Shown here: positions 41,644 to 57,440 of the stretch, piece by piece
Layout of the letters: each line of letters starts with the position of its first letter
Numbering within the stretch: the first letter of the stretch is position 1
Assembly: GCA_951406725.2 (NCBI GenBank)
Contig: OX597818.1
Span: forward strand, 32,860,001 to 32,924,000
Source: Octopus vulgaris
Lineage: Eukaryota
Length of the DNA: 64,000 nt
Reading direction: 5' to 3'
The notes under the pieces: generated by a model
Told to the model about the DNA's origin: nothing
Databases searched by the model: none
What the model saw: only the letters and a program-made list of their open reading frames with translations
Made by a program: the position numbers and the translations under genes

Positions 41644-41790
41644 GTGTATAGCTGACGTAACAGAGTTTTTCAAGGTCCGAAAGTTTCGTGCGTTGGCCAT
41701 GAAACTCTTGGACCTTCAACCACCCTATTACTTTTGTTAAATGTCAATAAAAATAAACATATACTCATATTTTCAGTTAAACCTACACAC

Positions 41791-41839
<49 letters not shown>

Positions 41840-42044
41840 TACATATATCCACCTTAAAACAGTTTAAAAGAAGCTTATGTCTTTTACTCTAGCGACTCGA
41901 CAAATGGAAAACGATAAGATATTCACCAGAATTTTAAAAATTAAGTAACAGGATGAACATGAGTTATAGAAACCATAAAGAACCTGTCCCAACAAGGCTG
42001 CAATCCAATAAAGGAAACAAGTAAAGGAATCAAACAATACATGA

Positions 42045-42083
<39 letters not shown>

Positions 42084-42329
42084 TGTGTGTGTGTGTTTGT
42101 GTGTGTACTCATGAACTGAATAAATTGATTACACGTCGTGGCCTAATCATTAGTGTCGGTCAACATGACTTGTATTTGTTCTGCCTTTATCGCATTCTGA
42201 GTTCAAAACCCACCAAGGTCAATGTCCTTGTTCTTCTTTTCAGGGTCGATAATATAGCATACCAACCAGAATGATGGATCGGTGGAACTAGTAATAGATA
42301 GGGCAAAATCGCCCGACTTGTTTGTCCCG

Positions 42330-42660
42330 GTCTTTCCGGTCTTTTCTAAGGTCTTGCATAACATCAGTAGCATGCAGAAAGGAGGTTTATTGAAAGAGCA
42401 ATTGTTCCTCTTGCATTGGCCTGTACTCTGTAGATTAACTTTCAACGTGCATCTCCATGATCAACACAGCCCTCTTTCATTTCATTAACGAAGTTTAATA
42501 GCTTCAGATCTGTCTTCACGACTTTGTGCTAAGTACTACTCGGTATTGCACATCCGAAGGTTCCATTTAATTCAGTCCAAGACACGTGTTTGTACATCTG
42601 TCGACTTCGATACTCATCATAAGCTTATAGTGACGCATTCTTTCTTCTGCACACTATAGC
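42330..42660 (-). mobile_element. Possible decayed RTE-like LINE 3' end
   Basis: Minus-strand translation ..LNGTFGCAIPSST*HKVVKTDLKLLN loosely resembles the G..RGRP..TW..VV..DL C-terminus of RTE ORFs. Confidence 0.35.
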
Positions 42661-43562
42661 TCATTTGTGAATGTATGTGGTTGCACGGATCATCAGAAAT
42701 AAATGTAAATATACTTCATATAAAAATCCCAATCGTCTTAAAATCGACATATTACTTCCTGTTGTACAAAATGCAAAATATCGGAAGAAAAAAATTTAAA
42801 AAAAGATATAAATATAATAATCACAGCTGGAGTGAGTTTGTTCGATAAAGGATGGTTGGGGGCATCGAGTACTAACACTAATTGACGAATATATGTACAC
42901 ACGAAAATATATATAGATGTACGCAAATATATACATAGTCTTACATACATGCGCATGCGAATTCAAGTAGTCACCAACGTCTTCGCCGTCTTCATCGTCG
43001 TCATCGTCGTTTACTTCGTTGTCAGTGTCTTCGAAGCCGCCATGATCATCTCCATAATTTCGCTCTCTTCAACACCACACACACGATGCGTCCAATCATT
43101 CCATACTCAGTGGCAAAATTCCTGGAAATTCCTCTCATCAATGTTTCCTTCACACTGATGTTGTCTATGAAAGGTTCTTGCTGTGCATCAACGCCAACCA
43201 TCTCACCAGTCTAGACAGAAATAAAAAGGTCAAATGAACAGCTTCTCTAATTCTGACTAATTAAGCACATAACTAGACCAATGCACTACGTCTCTGTATA
43301 TTCATATAAATCTATATCTGTATCTTTTATATTTCGTCACGCATCTATCTCTCCCTAAATCTAACTATTTTCATCCTTGCGCTTCTGTGTGAAAAATATC
43401 TCTCTCTTTCACACACACACACACACACACGCACACACACATACACACACACACACACATACACATATATTATATGTATAAGATATATATCTATATTTAT
43501 GTATGCATATATATTTATATATGTATATATTTATATATATATATTTATATATATATTTATAC

Positions 43563-43595
<33 letters not shown>

Positions 43596-43636
43596 CATAT
43601 ATATATACATATATATATATACATATATATATATAC

Positions 43637-43691
<55 letters not shown>

Positions 43692-43692
43692 C

Positions 43693-43742
<50 letters not shown>

Positions 43743-44686
43743 ATATATATAAACACACACACATATATATATATACGAAATAATGTATATGTGTATATAT
43801 TAAATAATATAATATATATTATATTTATGACGTATATATATATATATATATATATATTGTATGTATAATATGTATATATATATATACATATATGTGAATA
43901 CATACACACGCAAACACACTCATTTACACACACATACACACACACACACAACACACACACATACATATATGTCATGCAGTGCCCAGCGTGGATACAGCCG
44001 ACTTGTTGGAACCAATAGATACGCCCGTCATTCTTACACAAATACGTTTGTTAGCATTTGCGTACATTTGTATGTGCGCGCTGCCTGAGTGTACGCATGT
44101 ATGTACGTGTCTGTATGTAACTTTTATGGTCGGCTGTATGTAACTTTTATAACGTAGAAGCTTGTGTATAGGAGTGTTAGTAAGTGTTATGACATTTCAT
44201 TTTTATTTTTAAGGCGTACATATAATAAATATACATATATTTGTGTTCGTTCCCTAAACGTACATTATCACTGAGGTAATTTTCCTTCTATTATCACAAG
44301 CCATTTCTGCTTTGCTAAATCATTGTTTTTCAGTGGGTTTTACTTCCTATCTACTTCCTTTCTTACTGAAACTTTCTATGAAATATCTCCACACCCAAAC
44401 CACAGAGGTTAAAATCCTACAACACGCACAGACACATACACGGCCATTTAGAATCCCTTGCTTTTTCTCTGTTTCATTAACCTTTACATTCTCAAATAAT
44501 GAATACTGCCACAACACACAGGCTGGCAGGCTGGCTAATATTTTTCTTTCAGTTCTTTTCTTCCTTTTCGTCCATGTTTTCTTCTTTCTGACAATATGAA
44601 AGATATTTGGTGCAATGTAATTATGTACAAACACACACATGTGAGCATATGTATGTGTGTATACATGTATGTATGCATGTATAAAT

Positions 44687-44777
<91 letters not shown>

Positions 44778-45161
44778 CACTCACACAAATAACTGCACAT
44801 ACTTACACACACATATTTACTCATACACGTACTCATATACGCACATATTTACACACACATACACATACATACACATACATACATACACATATATACATAC
44901 ACATACGTATAAACAGGGAGATTCAACACAAACTTTTATAGTTCGGATGAGAAAAATTTTCGTCTTTTTTTACTAAATTTTTGTCTATATATCATAAATC
45001 GTATCATCGCTACTTTATTGGGAATACCGTGTGTGTGTGTGTTTGTGTGTGTGAGTGCAGGCGAGCGCGGAGGATATGTCCACATGTATTTATGTATATA
45101 TTATGTATATATGTATGTATGTATGTGTGTATGTATGTATCTATGTATCTATATATCTATC

Positions 45162-45227
<66 letters not shown>

Positions 45228-45340
45228 ATGGACAGTACTGAGTTGTGAAACATTTAAACCAAATTTTCTGAAAACAACTCGTCCGACCGTCCCATAGGCC
45301 TCCCCTTTGAGAAATACTGATTTAGCCTAAATTTGAGACA
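45228..45340 (-). repeat. Dispersed repeat fragment, unclassified
   Basis: Reverse complement of 6546-6660. Confidence 0.75.
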
Positions 45341-46128
45341 ATGCAGTGGAACCGAACCCGGAACCATGATGATGGGAAGCAAGCTTCTTACCATATTCAC
45401 GCCCGCGCGCCTGTATATCAAATAAATCCAATGTTAGCTATGTTGAAGTCTTAGTTCTAACTTTCATCCAAACATTGTACAACATTGTACAAAATAGCAA
45501 AGACATCTGTACCGTTGATATTCATAAAATTCAACGAAAAACTACACATAAGCACTGTAATGAAAATATTCTCTTACATTTCGTATTTTCGTTGTTTTCT
45601 TAAAATACTATGTAACTGTATGTAAGGAATCTTTCATTTCTAGTCAGTAAAGTTTCCAGAGTCTGGTGCGGTTACTGTGTGAAGGACTGTAATATACTTA
45701 GTTGTTATCGAATGACATATACGGAACAAACTTATGCTAGTTCACTTGGGAAGATCATAGGCCTTGTAATAGTAGAAGATCACGCGCCTCTACACATAGA
45801 TGCACGCATACTTACATGCATACATACATACATACACACACACATACATTCATATGTACGTACATACATACATATATACATACATACATACATACATTCA
45901 TATGTACGTACATACGTGCATATATACATACATATATATATACTTACATACATACATGCATACTTGCATACATACATACACACATACAAACATACATTCA
46001 TATGTACGTACATACATACGTGCATATATACATACATACATACATACATACATACATACATACATACATACATACATACATACATACATACATACATACA
46101 TACATGCATACATACATACATACGTACA

Positions 46129-46348
46129 TATGAGAGCTGCTGAAATGTTACTGACTTTGGGTAAAAGAAAGTACAGGAAGATCGCATAATTATGATTTTA
46201 TCCAACAAATGTCCAACTTAGATTTACACACCTATTGCAGCGGCCCTTCAGTTTTTCTAAGTCCGGTAAAAGAACTCGGAAGGCTGGACCTTCAACCCGG
46301 TATTTTGCGATACCCTTAAAGCCAAGAACTTTTCAGTATTCCCTCGTA
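46129..46348. mobile_element. Mariner-type MITE, second copy
   Basis: Collinear with 5775-5999 (TATTGCAGCGG.CCTTCAGTTTT..TAAG, AAAAGAACTCGGAA); ends CCCTCG-TA. Confidence 0.78.
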
Positions 46349-46574
46349 CATACATACGTACATGCATACACACACAAAGACACACGCACACACAAACAAA
46401 AAAACACAGAAGCACATACACACAAACACACATGCATACATATACATACATGCATACACAGATGTATGTGTGGAGGCGCGTGGCTCAGCAGTTAAGGTGT
46501 TGCGCTTATGATTGTAGGATTGTAGTTTCGATTCCCTGAGAAGTCGATGCACTATGGTCTTGTGTAAAAACTTG

Positions 46575-47880
46575 TGGAATATTGACTTTTTATAAGAGGG
46601 GTGTTCTGACAGCTATACTTTCTAAGCTTGGCATAGACAACTCTATTATTTATAGTAACTTCATATGATATGTTCTCATCAATGCTTAAGTTCTTGTTTC
46701 ATTCGTGTGTACGACAGAAGAGATAGTGAGACCATCGAAGCACAGGTTTTCGGTCTGGGACACTGATTTTTCACGTTCAACTATCAAATGTGAACCATTC
46801 TTTTGGCCAGATTGGATTAATGGGGTTATTAATTTTAGCCGTTTCTTTTTGGCATTCTCTTTCTCTTTTTCTCTTTTACTTGTTTCAGTTATTTGACTGT
46901 GGCCATGCTGGAACACCGCCTTTAGTCGAGCAAATCGACCCCGGGACTTATTCTTTGTAAGACTAGTACTTATTCTATCGGCCTCTTTTGCCGAACCGCT
47001 AAGTGACAGGGACATAAACACACCAGCATCGGTTGTCAAGCGATGTTGGATGGGACAAACACAGACACACAAACATACACGCACATATATATGTATATAT
47101 ATATATATATGTACATATATACGATGGGCTTCTTTCAGTTTCCGTCTACCAAATCCATACACAAGGCTTTGGTCGGCCCGAGGCTATAGTAGAAGACACT
47201 TGCCCAAGATACCACGCAGTGGGACTGAACCCGGAACCATGTGGTTGGTAAACAAGCTACTTACCACACAACCACTCCTGCGCATTAACATATTTGCATT
47301 AATCTTGAAGTCATCCACAGAGAAATTATGGGTTACATTAATATTTCTAGTAGTTACAGAGCCTAGCATGTAGCCATTTGATTTTTGTTGCAGCTGCAGG
47401 AATGATAATGGATTTAATACCAAAATAAACAGAATTCCCTTTGAAATATTTGTAACATTGGAGTCGATTTTTCAGTTTTCGGTTTCAAGTGTAAGAATTA
47501 TTGCTCGGGCCTTTTTGAGCCTCCTCTCAATGATAGCAATTAAAGTAGCGTATACTTCTGTCGAATGTAGATACTTCAGCAGCTATGAGTGGAGAATTGA
47601 ATTGAGTCAAATTCCTTCCTATAATCAAGCCATAGTTTTGCAAGGCGCCTATGATGTTTTTTCTCATTTCACACAATACAGTTTGTTTATCAAGAGTTGT
47701 TCGGCACATGTCCACACTGCCTTTTTTCCCATCGGTCTGCTCGTCACTCACTATGTTGTTGGACTCACAATGATCCTGGGTGAATTGGTTGAGGTAGTTT
47801 GTGTACAGTTTGTACACAATGTTTAAGCAAGAAATGGGCCAATAATTTCCTGCCAACTCGGTGGTTTCATTCTTAGCTAT
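46575..47880 (-). pseudogene. Decayed R4/Dong-like non-LTR reverse transcriptase fragment
   Basis: Minus-strand frames give, in RT order, NYWPISCLNIVYKLYT..NNIVSDEQ, LWLDYRKEFDS, LFILVLNPLSFL..GY, HNFSVDDFKINA and, beyond the SINE insertion, IVEREK...IDENISY. Confidence 0.8.
46857..47283 (-). mobile_element. SINE family A, full length, inserted in the RT relic
   Basis: Reverse complement of 17081-17492; GCATT occurs at both junctions. Confidence 0.93.
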
Positions 47881-48309
47881 GTATATATATTTATGTATGT
47901 ATGTACGTATGTATGTATGTATGTATGCATGTATGTATGTATGTATGTATGAATGTATGTATGTATGTATGTATGTATGTATGTATGCATGTATGTATGT
48001 ATGTATGTATGTATGTATGCATGTCTGTATGTTTGTTTGTATGTATGTATGTATGTATGTATGTATGTATGTATGTATGTATGTATGTATGTATGTGTGT
48101 ATGTGTGTCTGTCTGTCGGTATGTATGTATTTACGTATGTGTTGTGTATGCCTGCATGTATACACACATATGTATACATACATGTGTGTATTTGTGTACT
48201 TACTAATCTATCTACCTATATTGATATATACGTATGTGTATGCACATGTATAATTATACATGTAGTTATGAAAAATACACTCACACACACATATAAATCA
48301 TTATATATA

Positions 48310-48388
<79 letters not shown>

Positions 48389-49171
48389 GATAAAAATCAA
48401 ATATGTTGCTTCTTTTTGGAGCATACAGTGTGAAACTTATCAGAGATTAGCCTGCTATGTCCAGGAAATTTAGCAATATTGTGAAAAAAATACCCCATTG
48501 TACCATTGTAGAGTTCTGGAGTCTGGTTTCATATTTTGCAGTCTGGTTCATTTATCTTACTTGAATTCTTGATGACATACTGTAACCTTAAATTACAGTA
48601 AGACTTTTTTTTTATTGTAACAAGATCTTACAATTGCACGCGTTAAACATTACGGATATAATGAGAACTCCTCATTTTTCATGTAGAAGTTGATGAGTTG
48701 ATATATAACTTAACTGCTATGCATTTTGCAATTCAGGGAAAATATTTTTCACAGAAACAGGGGGAAATGTTGTTCTCTCAGTTGAGGTTCTCACATTCTT
48801 TTCTCTCACTCATAAGAAATTAACGGTCAAAGCATAAGTTTTGCAGTGTTTGCATCTACCGCTAATAATACAAGAACACTATATTTTAAGAATGATACTG
48901 CTGAAAGAGCCAATATTGATATAATTGAAATCTTAGAATATTGATATAAATTCGAGGCTTGTAGAAAAATACCTTCAAGGATAGTGGTCTTTTGAATATT
49001 TGTACTGTAGTATACAAATGCATAAACTGATACAAACCACAGTTGGCGTTATACTATTAACACTACAATATTTATAGGTGTTACGCTTCAAGATTTTAAT
49101 ACTTCACCTTTCATTATGCCATCAATCTGTTCATAAGAAGAACAATGGAAACAATGCTGCGATAATAATAA

Positions 49172-49570
49172 TAATCCTTTCTACTATAGGCACAAGGCCT
49201 GAAATTTATTGGGGAGGGGACTAATCGATTATAACGGCCTCAGTGTTTTACTGGTACTTATTTTTTGAACCTTGAAGGGATGAAAGGCAAAGTCGACCTC
49301 GGTAGAATTTGAACTCAAAACGTAAAGACGGGCGAAATAACTATTTCTTTACATCCCACAAGGGGCTAAACACAGAGGGGACAAACAAGGACAGACAAAC
49401 GGACAGACAGATTATATCGACCCCAGTACGTAATTGGTACTTATTTAATCGACCCGAAAGGATGAAAGGCAAAGTCGACCTCGGCAGAATTTGAAATCAG
49501 AACGTAGCGGCAGACGAAATACGGCTACGCATTTCGCCCGGCATGCTAACGTTTCTGCCAACTCGCCGCC
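49172..49570 (-). mobile_element. SINE family C dimer (tail 1 then tail 2)
   Basis: Head at 49570, two GATGAAAGGCAAAGTCGACCTCGG blocks, (AAT)n at the 3' end. Confidence 0.9.
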
Positions 49571-50289
49571 TCAATAATAATGATAATAATAGTTTCAAAT
49601 TTTGGTACAAGGCACACACACACACAAACACAAATACACACACACATACATACACACACGCACTCTCTCTCTTACACACACATACACACACATGATGTAT
49701 GCATCTACGCTTGTATATATGGCTATATATGAATTCACTCGTACGTGTGTCGGTATGTATATCAGTGCATATATTCTCATGAGTATTAGCACGCATGTAT
49801 AAGATTATGTGTGATTCAATGTGACTCTATGCCAACATGGCTTCTGAAAATTTCATTAAATTATAGCTAATTTGTACCGTTAAGTGCTTCAAAATTCGCA
49901 ATGAGAACGCTCGGGTCATTTTTATAATTTTTAAAAACAAAATTTTCTCTATAGCACGTTACTTAGCTCTGAGGCCGCTTACGTATATAAATACTGCATC
50001 TCTCCCGTACGATCTTTGCTCCTCTCACGTGATTTTTTTCTGTATCTCTCTGTCTCTCTCTCTATTTTTCTCCCTCTGTCTTTCTCACTCTGTCTATGAC
50101 AGAGATGGACAAAATAAATAGCCTGGACGTACTATCAGTAAATGAAGTCATAGAAAATCTGTTGCCTTGTGTTGGAAAGAGGTGTAAACGGAGGCAGCAA
50201 ATCAAACGAACAAATACAGAAACATAATATAATCGAAAAGCTATATAATATAAGAATAGAAAGTATAAAGCGAGAAGAGGTTAAGGTCG

Positions 50290-51330
50290 GTGAAAACGAC
50301 GACGAAGAAGAAGAAGAAGGAGAAGGAGGGGAGGGGGAAGATGAGAAGGAGGAGGAAGTGGAGGAGGAAGAAGAAGTGGAAGAGGAAGAAGAGGAGGGGG
50401 GAGGAGGAAGATGAGGAGGAGAAAGATGTGGAGGAGGAAGAAGAAGAGGAGGCAGAAGGGAACAAGAAGAAGGGGAAGAAGAAGTGGAAGAGGAAGAAGA
50501 AGAAGAAGAGGAAGAAGAGGAGGAGAAGGAAGAAGAGGAGGAAGAAGAAGAAGGAGAGGAAGAGGAAGGAGAGGAGGAAGAAGAAGAGGAGGAGAAGGAA
50601 GAAGAGGAGGAAGAAGAAGAGGAAGAGGAAGGAGAAGAAGAAGAGGAAGGAGAAGAAGAAGAGGAAGAGGAAGAAGAGGAGGAAGAAGAAGAAGAAGAGG
50701 AAGAGGAAGGAGAGGAGGAAGAAGAAGAGGAGGAGAAGGAAGAAGAGGAGGAGAAGGAAGAAGAGGAGGAAGAGGAAGGAGAGGAGGAAGAAGAAGAGGA
50801 GGAGAAGGAAGAAGAGGAGGAAGAAGAAGAGGAAGAGGAAGGAGAGGAGGAAGAAGAAGAGGAAGGGGAGGGAGGGGAGGAAGAAGAAGAAGAAGAGGAG
50901 AAAGAAGAAGAAGGGGAGGAGGCAGAAGGGGAGGAAGAAGGGAACAAGAAGAAGAGGAAGAGGAAGAAGAAGAAGGGGAAGAAGAAGAAGAAGGGGAGGA
51001 GGAAGAAGAGGAGGAAGAAGAAGAAGAGGACGCAGAAGAGGAGGAAGACGTGGAGGAGGAAGAAAGGGTACAAGAAGAAGTGGAGGAAAAAGAGGAAGAA
51101 GAGGAAGGAGAGGCGGACGATGATGACAACGGTGACGTCGACTACGATGGTGTCCTTGAAAGGCAAGAAAAGGAGGAGTGTGAGCTACTAGAAGGCGAAC
51201 GAGAAAGAGGAAAAGAAAAAGAAGCAAACGAAGGATGAGAAGGACAATAAAAAGAAAGAAAGAAAGAAAAAGGAAAGAAAAGAAGAAAAGTAGGAAAGAC
51301 AGAAAAGAAGAAGAAAGAAAGAAAACTGCA
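50290..51330. repeat. Polypurine (GAA/GAG)n low-complexity tract
   Basis: About 1 kb of almost pure G/A with a recurring higher-order GAAGGAGAGGAGGAAGAAGAAGAG unit. Confidence 0.95.
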
Positions 51331-51714
51331 ACGAAGACAAATGATCTAATTAAGCTATCAGAACATAGTCGGTGGGAGGGCTTGGAAATTAAATCGCTTT
51401 CTAAATTTTCTTAAGAAATTCATAGTTCTACATCACATTGTAGCATTGCATGAAAGATTGAGTCTACATTCCACCGGGGTCGTCAATGCTATTATCTGTT
51501 CGGATCGATGAAATAAGTACCAGTTGAGCACTGGGGTCGGAGTAATCGACTTGCCCACTTTCCCGAAATTTCAGCCCTTGTAGAAAGGATTATTGCTTTA
51601 ACGATTTGGTTTTTTGATTCTCTGTGTGCCCCTATAGTTAAGTTCGATTAAGGACTAACTCTTGAACACATGTCCGAAAAGCGAACACATAAACGAGGAG
51701 AGAGAACTCATGTA

Positions 51715-52932
<1,218 letters not shown>

Positions 52933-53390
52933 GTAATAATTTTGCTAATAATGACCTAATGAACAGGAAAACAAATTGATTATTGATTATGTAGATAATA
53001 ATTGGTAGACTACAAGATTGGTAGAAAATACGAAAATAAATAAGAGAATTTATGGAGGAAAGAATAAAAGTAAATGGTGAGTGAAATTTGTGAAGGAATT
53101 TTAAATGAAAGAAGTCTGAAAGGGAAATGCTTAAGGAATGAGCTGAAGAAGAAAAACAAGAAGTCGGAAGCAAAGAAAAACAGAGGAAAAGAAGGTAGGG
53201 TAAGCACGAGACAGAGAGTTTTTCTTAAAATACGCAGACGAGGAAGAAGATGGGAAAGGTAGAGAGAGGGGGAAAAAAAGGTAGAGAGAGGGGAAAAAAA
53301 TAACTGAACATAAACAACAAAATGAAGAAAAAATATAAAGAAACGAAAAAGGAAAATAAGGAAGCAAAGATGAAAAAAAAATAATAAAGA

Positions 53391-53404
53391 TATTATTATT
53401 ATTC

Positions 53405-53442
<38 letters not shown>

Positions 53443-53462
53443 GTTATTATTATTATTATTAT

Positions 53463-53509
<47 letters not shown>

Positions 53510-53510
53510 A

Positions 53511-53580
<70 letters not shown>

Positions 53581-53620
53581 AGTAGTAGCAGTAGTAGTAG
53601 TAGTAATAGTAGTAGTCGTG

Positions 53621-53660
<40 letters not shown>

Positions 53661-53740
53661 CAGTAGTAGTAGTAGTAGTAATAGTAGTAGTCGTGGTAGT
53701 AGTAGTAGTAGTATTGGTGGTGGTGGTGGTGGTGTTGGTG
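53391..53740. repeat. (TAT)n-(TAG)n-(TGG)n microsatellite
   Basis: Directly visible. Confidence 0.95.
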
Positions 53741-53894
53741 AAACAAGAAGAATAGGAGAACAAGAAGTAAAGGAATAGAGAAGTAAAGAAGAAAAAGGGT
53801 GACATGAATAAGAAGAAAAAGAAGGAAAAGGAGGAGATGAGACGGAAAAGGAGGTGAAAGAGAAGGTGAAGAAGAAGAACAACAACAGTAAATA

Positions 53895-54107
53895 ATGGTT
53901 TCAAATTTTTGCCACAAGGGCAACAATTTGGTGGAGGGAACTAATCGATTAAATCGATCTCAGTGATCAACTGGTAATTACTTTATCGACCCCGAAAGGA
54001 TGAAAGGAAAAATCGACCACGGCGGAATTTGAACTCAGAACGTAGCGCCGGGCGAAATCCTGCGAAGTATTTTGTCCAGCGTGCTAACGATTCTACCAGT
54101 TCGCCGC
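53895..54107 (-). mobile_element. SINE family C monomer
   Basis: ATCGACCCCGAAAGGATGAAAGG...GGAATTTGAACTCAGAACGTAGCG plus head. Confidence 0.85.
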
Positions 54108-54290
54108 TTTAATGTCAATGTAAATAACAGAATCCGTTGGACATCGACAGAATTCGTTTGTATATCGATTGAAACCGTAGGGTGTTGACTCAGTCCATCG
54201 ATTTATTTTACAGCCCCCTATACTTGGAGTTCAAGTACAGCCGTGTTCACCCTTTGAGTGTCGTTCAAATAAAGTGCCAGTCAAGGTGTC

Positions 54291-54686
54291 GGGCTGGCAG
54301 AAACATTAGCACGCCGGGCGAAATGCTTAGCGCTATTTCTTCTGCCGCTACGTTGTGAGTTCAAGTTCCGCCGAGGTCGACTTTGCCTTTCATCCTTTCG
54401 AGGTCGATTAAATAAGTACCAGTTACGCACTGGGGTCGATGTAATCGACTTAATCCATTTGTCTCTCCTTGTTTGTCCCCTCTGTGTCTAGTCCCTTGTT
54501 GGCAGTAAACGAATAGTTATTTCGTCTGTTTTTACGTTCTGAGTTCAAATTCCGCCGAGGCCGATTTTAGCTTTCATCCTTTCGGAGTTGATTAAATAAG
54601 TACCAGTTACGCACTTTGGTCGATGTAATCGACTTAATCCGTTTGTCTATCCTTGTTTGTCCCCGCTGTGGGCAATAAAGAAATAG
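54291..54686 (+). mobile_element. SINE family C dimer
   Basis: Head plus two body units, ending AAAGAAATA. Confidence 0.9.
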
Positions 54687-55139
54687 ATAAAATACTCGTC
54701 AAGTATGGGTTTTGATTTAATCTTTTATCTTGCTCAAATTTCTGGACTCAGATCTCTATGAAAACCAATTATTGTTGTTATTAGGGATAACGAATTCTCC
54801 GAAGCATTAGATCGCCGGACTAAATGGCTGTCAGTTTTTTCCATTTTCACTTCACTGACATGACTGACTGATTTAGCTTTTCGTTTTTCCCACAATGATT
54901 AAAATATTACCTGCCAAGTAATGTGGTGCAGTTCATTACGTAATTTTCTTTCTCATAACAAATTTGAAGTTACTTTCGATGGTGAAAGATTTAACCAATA
55001 ATACTTGGTGCTGTGTTGTTGCTAAAGATGTCCACCAAATTTTTCTAACTAATAAAGTACTCACTGGGTCCTAGGACACAAAACGCCAGTTACCCGGCAT
55101 AAGTGACCAAGATCGCAATAGGCGTCAGTCCGTCAGAGG

Positions 55140-55292
55140 GTTCTTTATTTACAGCTGAGTGGGATAGAGCAACAGGAAATGAAGTGTTTTGCTCAGGAAT
55201 GCAACGCACCAACCGTTTTGGGAATTGAAACCACGAACTTACGATCACTATTGCAAAACCCAAACCGATCCACCTCCACCGGCCACGAGCCT
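55140..55292 (-). mobile_element. SINE family B, 5' half
   Basis: CAGCTGAGTGG...GAAATGAAGTGTTTTGCTCA...GGAATTGAAACCAC. Confidence 0.75.
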
Positions 55293-55428
55293 CTACTCAC
55301 GTTGTATAACCATCATCATATATGAACTAGGAAACTAAGAAATCACTGTACATAAGTATTGGTCTACATTGTCATCCGCTCTTTATTCTGTCCTTCTCTC
55401 CCACCACCACCACCACCACCATCATCAC

Positions 55429-55470
<42 letters not shown>

Positions 55471-57040
55471 ATCCGTTTACATTTCTTCCTGGGCGTTATC
55501 GCCGAAATCGTCGCCTGTAGAATGAAAAAAATAGAGAAAAAAAATGTAGTATTAACTTATACATATCTTCACTTTTAATACGTGCATATATATATATATA
55601 TATATATAATGCATAGAATGAATTATTATACTGTAATTTAATGCTATTTCTTTCTTACATATCACTTAGGCACGCTATATTGTCTAGCGGTATTTCCCCT
55701 TCTTAACTAACTGGATTACGTGTTTCCAGTTTCCCCCCAGACGTTATGGTAACTTACACAGGCGCATAAACAAGCGCGCTTTCACATTAATAGTACACAC
55801 ACACACACAAACACACACAAACACACACACACGCGCGCGCAGAGGCAAGCACACATATTATTTACACTTCCATATTTACATTATCTGTTACATTATCTCA
55901 ATGTTTTCATGGCTGTGGTTTCAGCTAAAGAAAATATCGACAGGGTTTACTTTGAAAACGAGAAGGCTTGTACAACGTCTGTCGTTTCTACGCTTGGCTA
56001 CACATTTAAATGAGAGAATGCATGGTGCATGTGTGTGTTAATTGGTGATGTTGAAGATGTACTTAACTGCGGGAAATATGAAGAACTCAAGTTTCTATAT
56101 TTCTGAAAGGAATCTAAATTCTTTGCATTTTTATAATGCTCACAAACTAAAATTCTCTTTGATTGTAAGATCAAGGAGTGTATTATATGGGTGATGAAAT
56201 AGTTCTGTTAAATACATGTGTGTATGTTTGTGTATGAGCGTGTTTGTGTATGTGTGTACTTGTGTGTGCGCGTTTGCGTATGTCATTGTACAAATTAATC
56301 AGAATAGTTGCTCTCTGTACAGACATAGCCATGATGTCAACTGTTGTGAGAGAGAGAGAGGAGTGGGGTCTCAATTTTTAAATGGAAACCCCATTAACTG
56401 TGTAATTTGTGAAAAACAAAATGAGTGTTAAATAATAATTAGATTTGCATAGGACTGCGGGGTATGTGTTCACCTGAATCTGCAGAGACCGCCTTGACTA
56501 CGGGGGTGCTTTCATTTATTGCAACCCCAGGTGCTACACAGTAGTTTTGTGTCTACTTAGAGCTGAATGGACGACAACATTACTCACTTAACTCATGATT
56601 AATTAGTGCATTTAACCTCGAACTGATATTAATAAAATAGCCATCTACGTACCATACTAAATGCATATGAACTGTTCATACACCAACTACTAAGGTATGC
56701 GTCCAGAAATTACATCTCTTTTAGTCGTAGTGCGTTAAAAACACAATAAGTATCGGAGCGAGACGAAAAATTTGGTCAACAGCCAGAGAAAAGACCAGAC
56801 GCATTTCGGCCGTTTTGTGTTTTTCCGATGAAGTATATTCGCAGCCAGCCACATGATATGATAGTTTAGCATCTCAATAGAAAATGGTAAATATAACACT
56901 CACAGGTGTTACGAAATCTAAATCAGCTTGATCCATCAGAGTATTAATCTAAGGTGTTCCATCAATGGCCAGTTAGTTTATTTTTTATAGACATATTTTT
57001 TGGATTACTCTATAGACGACAGGGGTCTTTCTTAACAATA

Positions 57041-57255
57041 TAATCATTTCTACTATAGGTACAAGGCCTGAAATTTGGGGGAGGGAGCTAGTCGATTACC
57101 TCGACCCTAGTGTTTCACTGGTACTTATTTAATCAACCCCGAAAGGATGAAAGGCAAAGTCGACCTCGGCGGAATTTGAAATCAGATCGTAGCGGCAGGC
57201 AAAATACGGCTAAACATTTCGCTCAGTATGCTAACGTTTCTGCCAGCTCGGCGCC
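57041..57255 (-). mobile_element. SINE family C monomer, tail type 2
   Basis: Full head and body on the minus strand. Confidence 0.9.
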
Positions 57256-57440
57256 TTCTTATCAATATAATGAACACTGCTAGTACACTTTACGTTGTCG
57301 AGCGGTTACTGTTTATATCTCGTTCAGAGATTTATTAATGCTTTCAGACAGTTTTTCCAAATCAGTGACAGTGGTTGCTGTGAAAAACGTTAAATATTAT
57401 TATTTACAGAGGGTCTCCTTCATCGAAAACCGGTGTTTAC

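Noticed and set aside
41669-41720. GAAA-stem-UC pattern
   Set aside because: Explained as one imperfect hairpin (AAGGTCC/GGACCTT); the CUGANGA core is absent.
50135-51238. Long poly-E, poly-K/R and poly-S ORFs
   Set aside because: All six frames are open across a GAA/GAG tract, with no splice or domain support.
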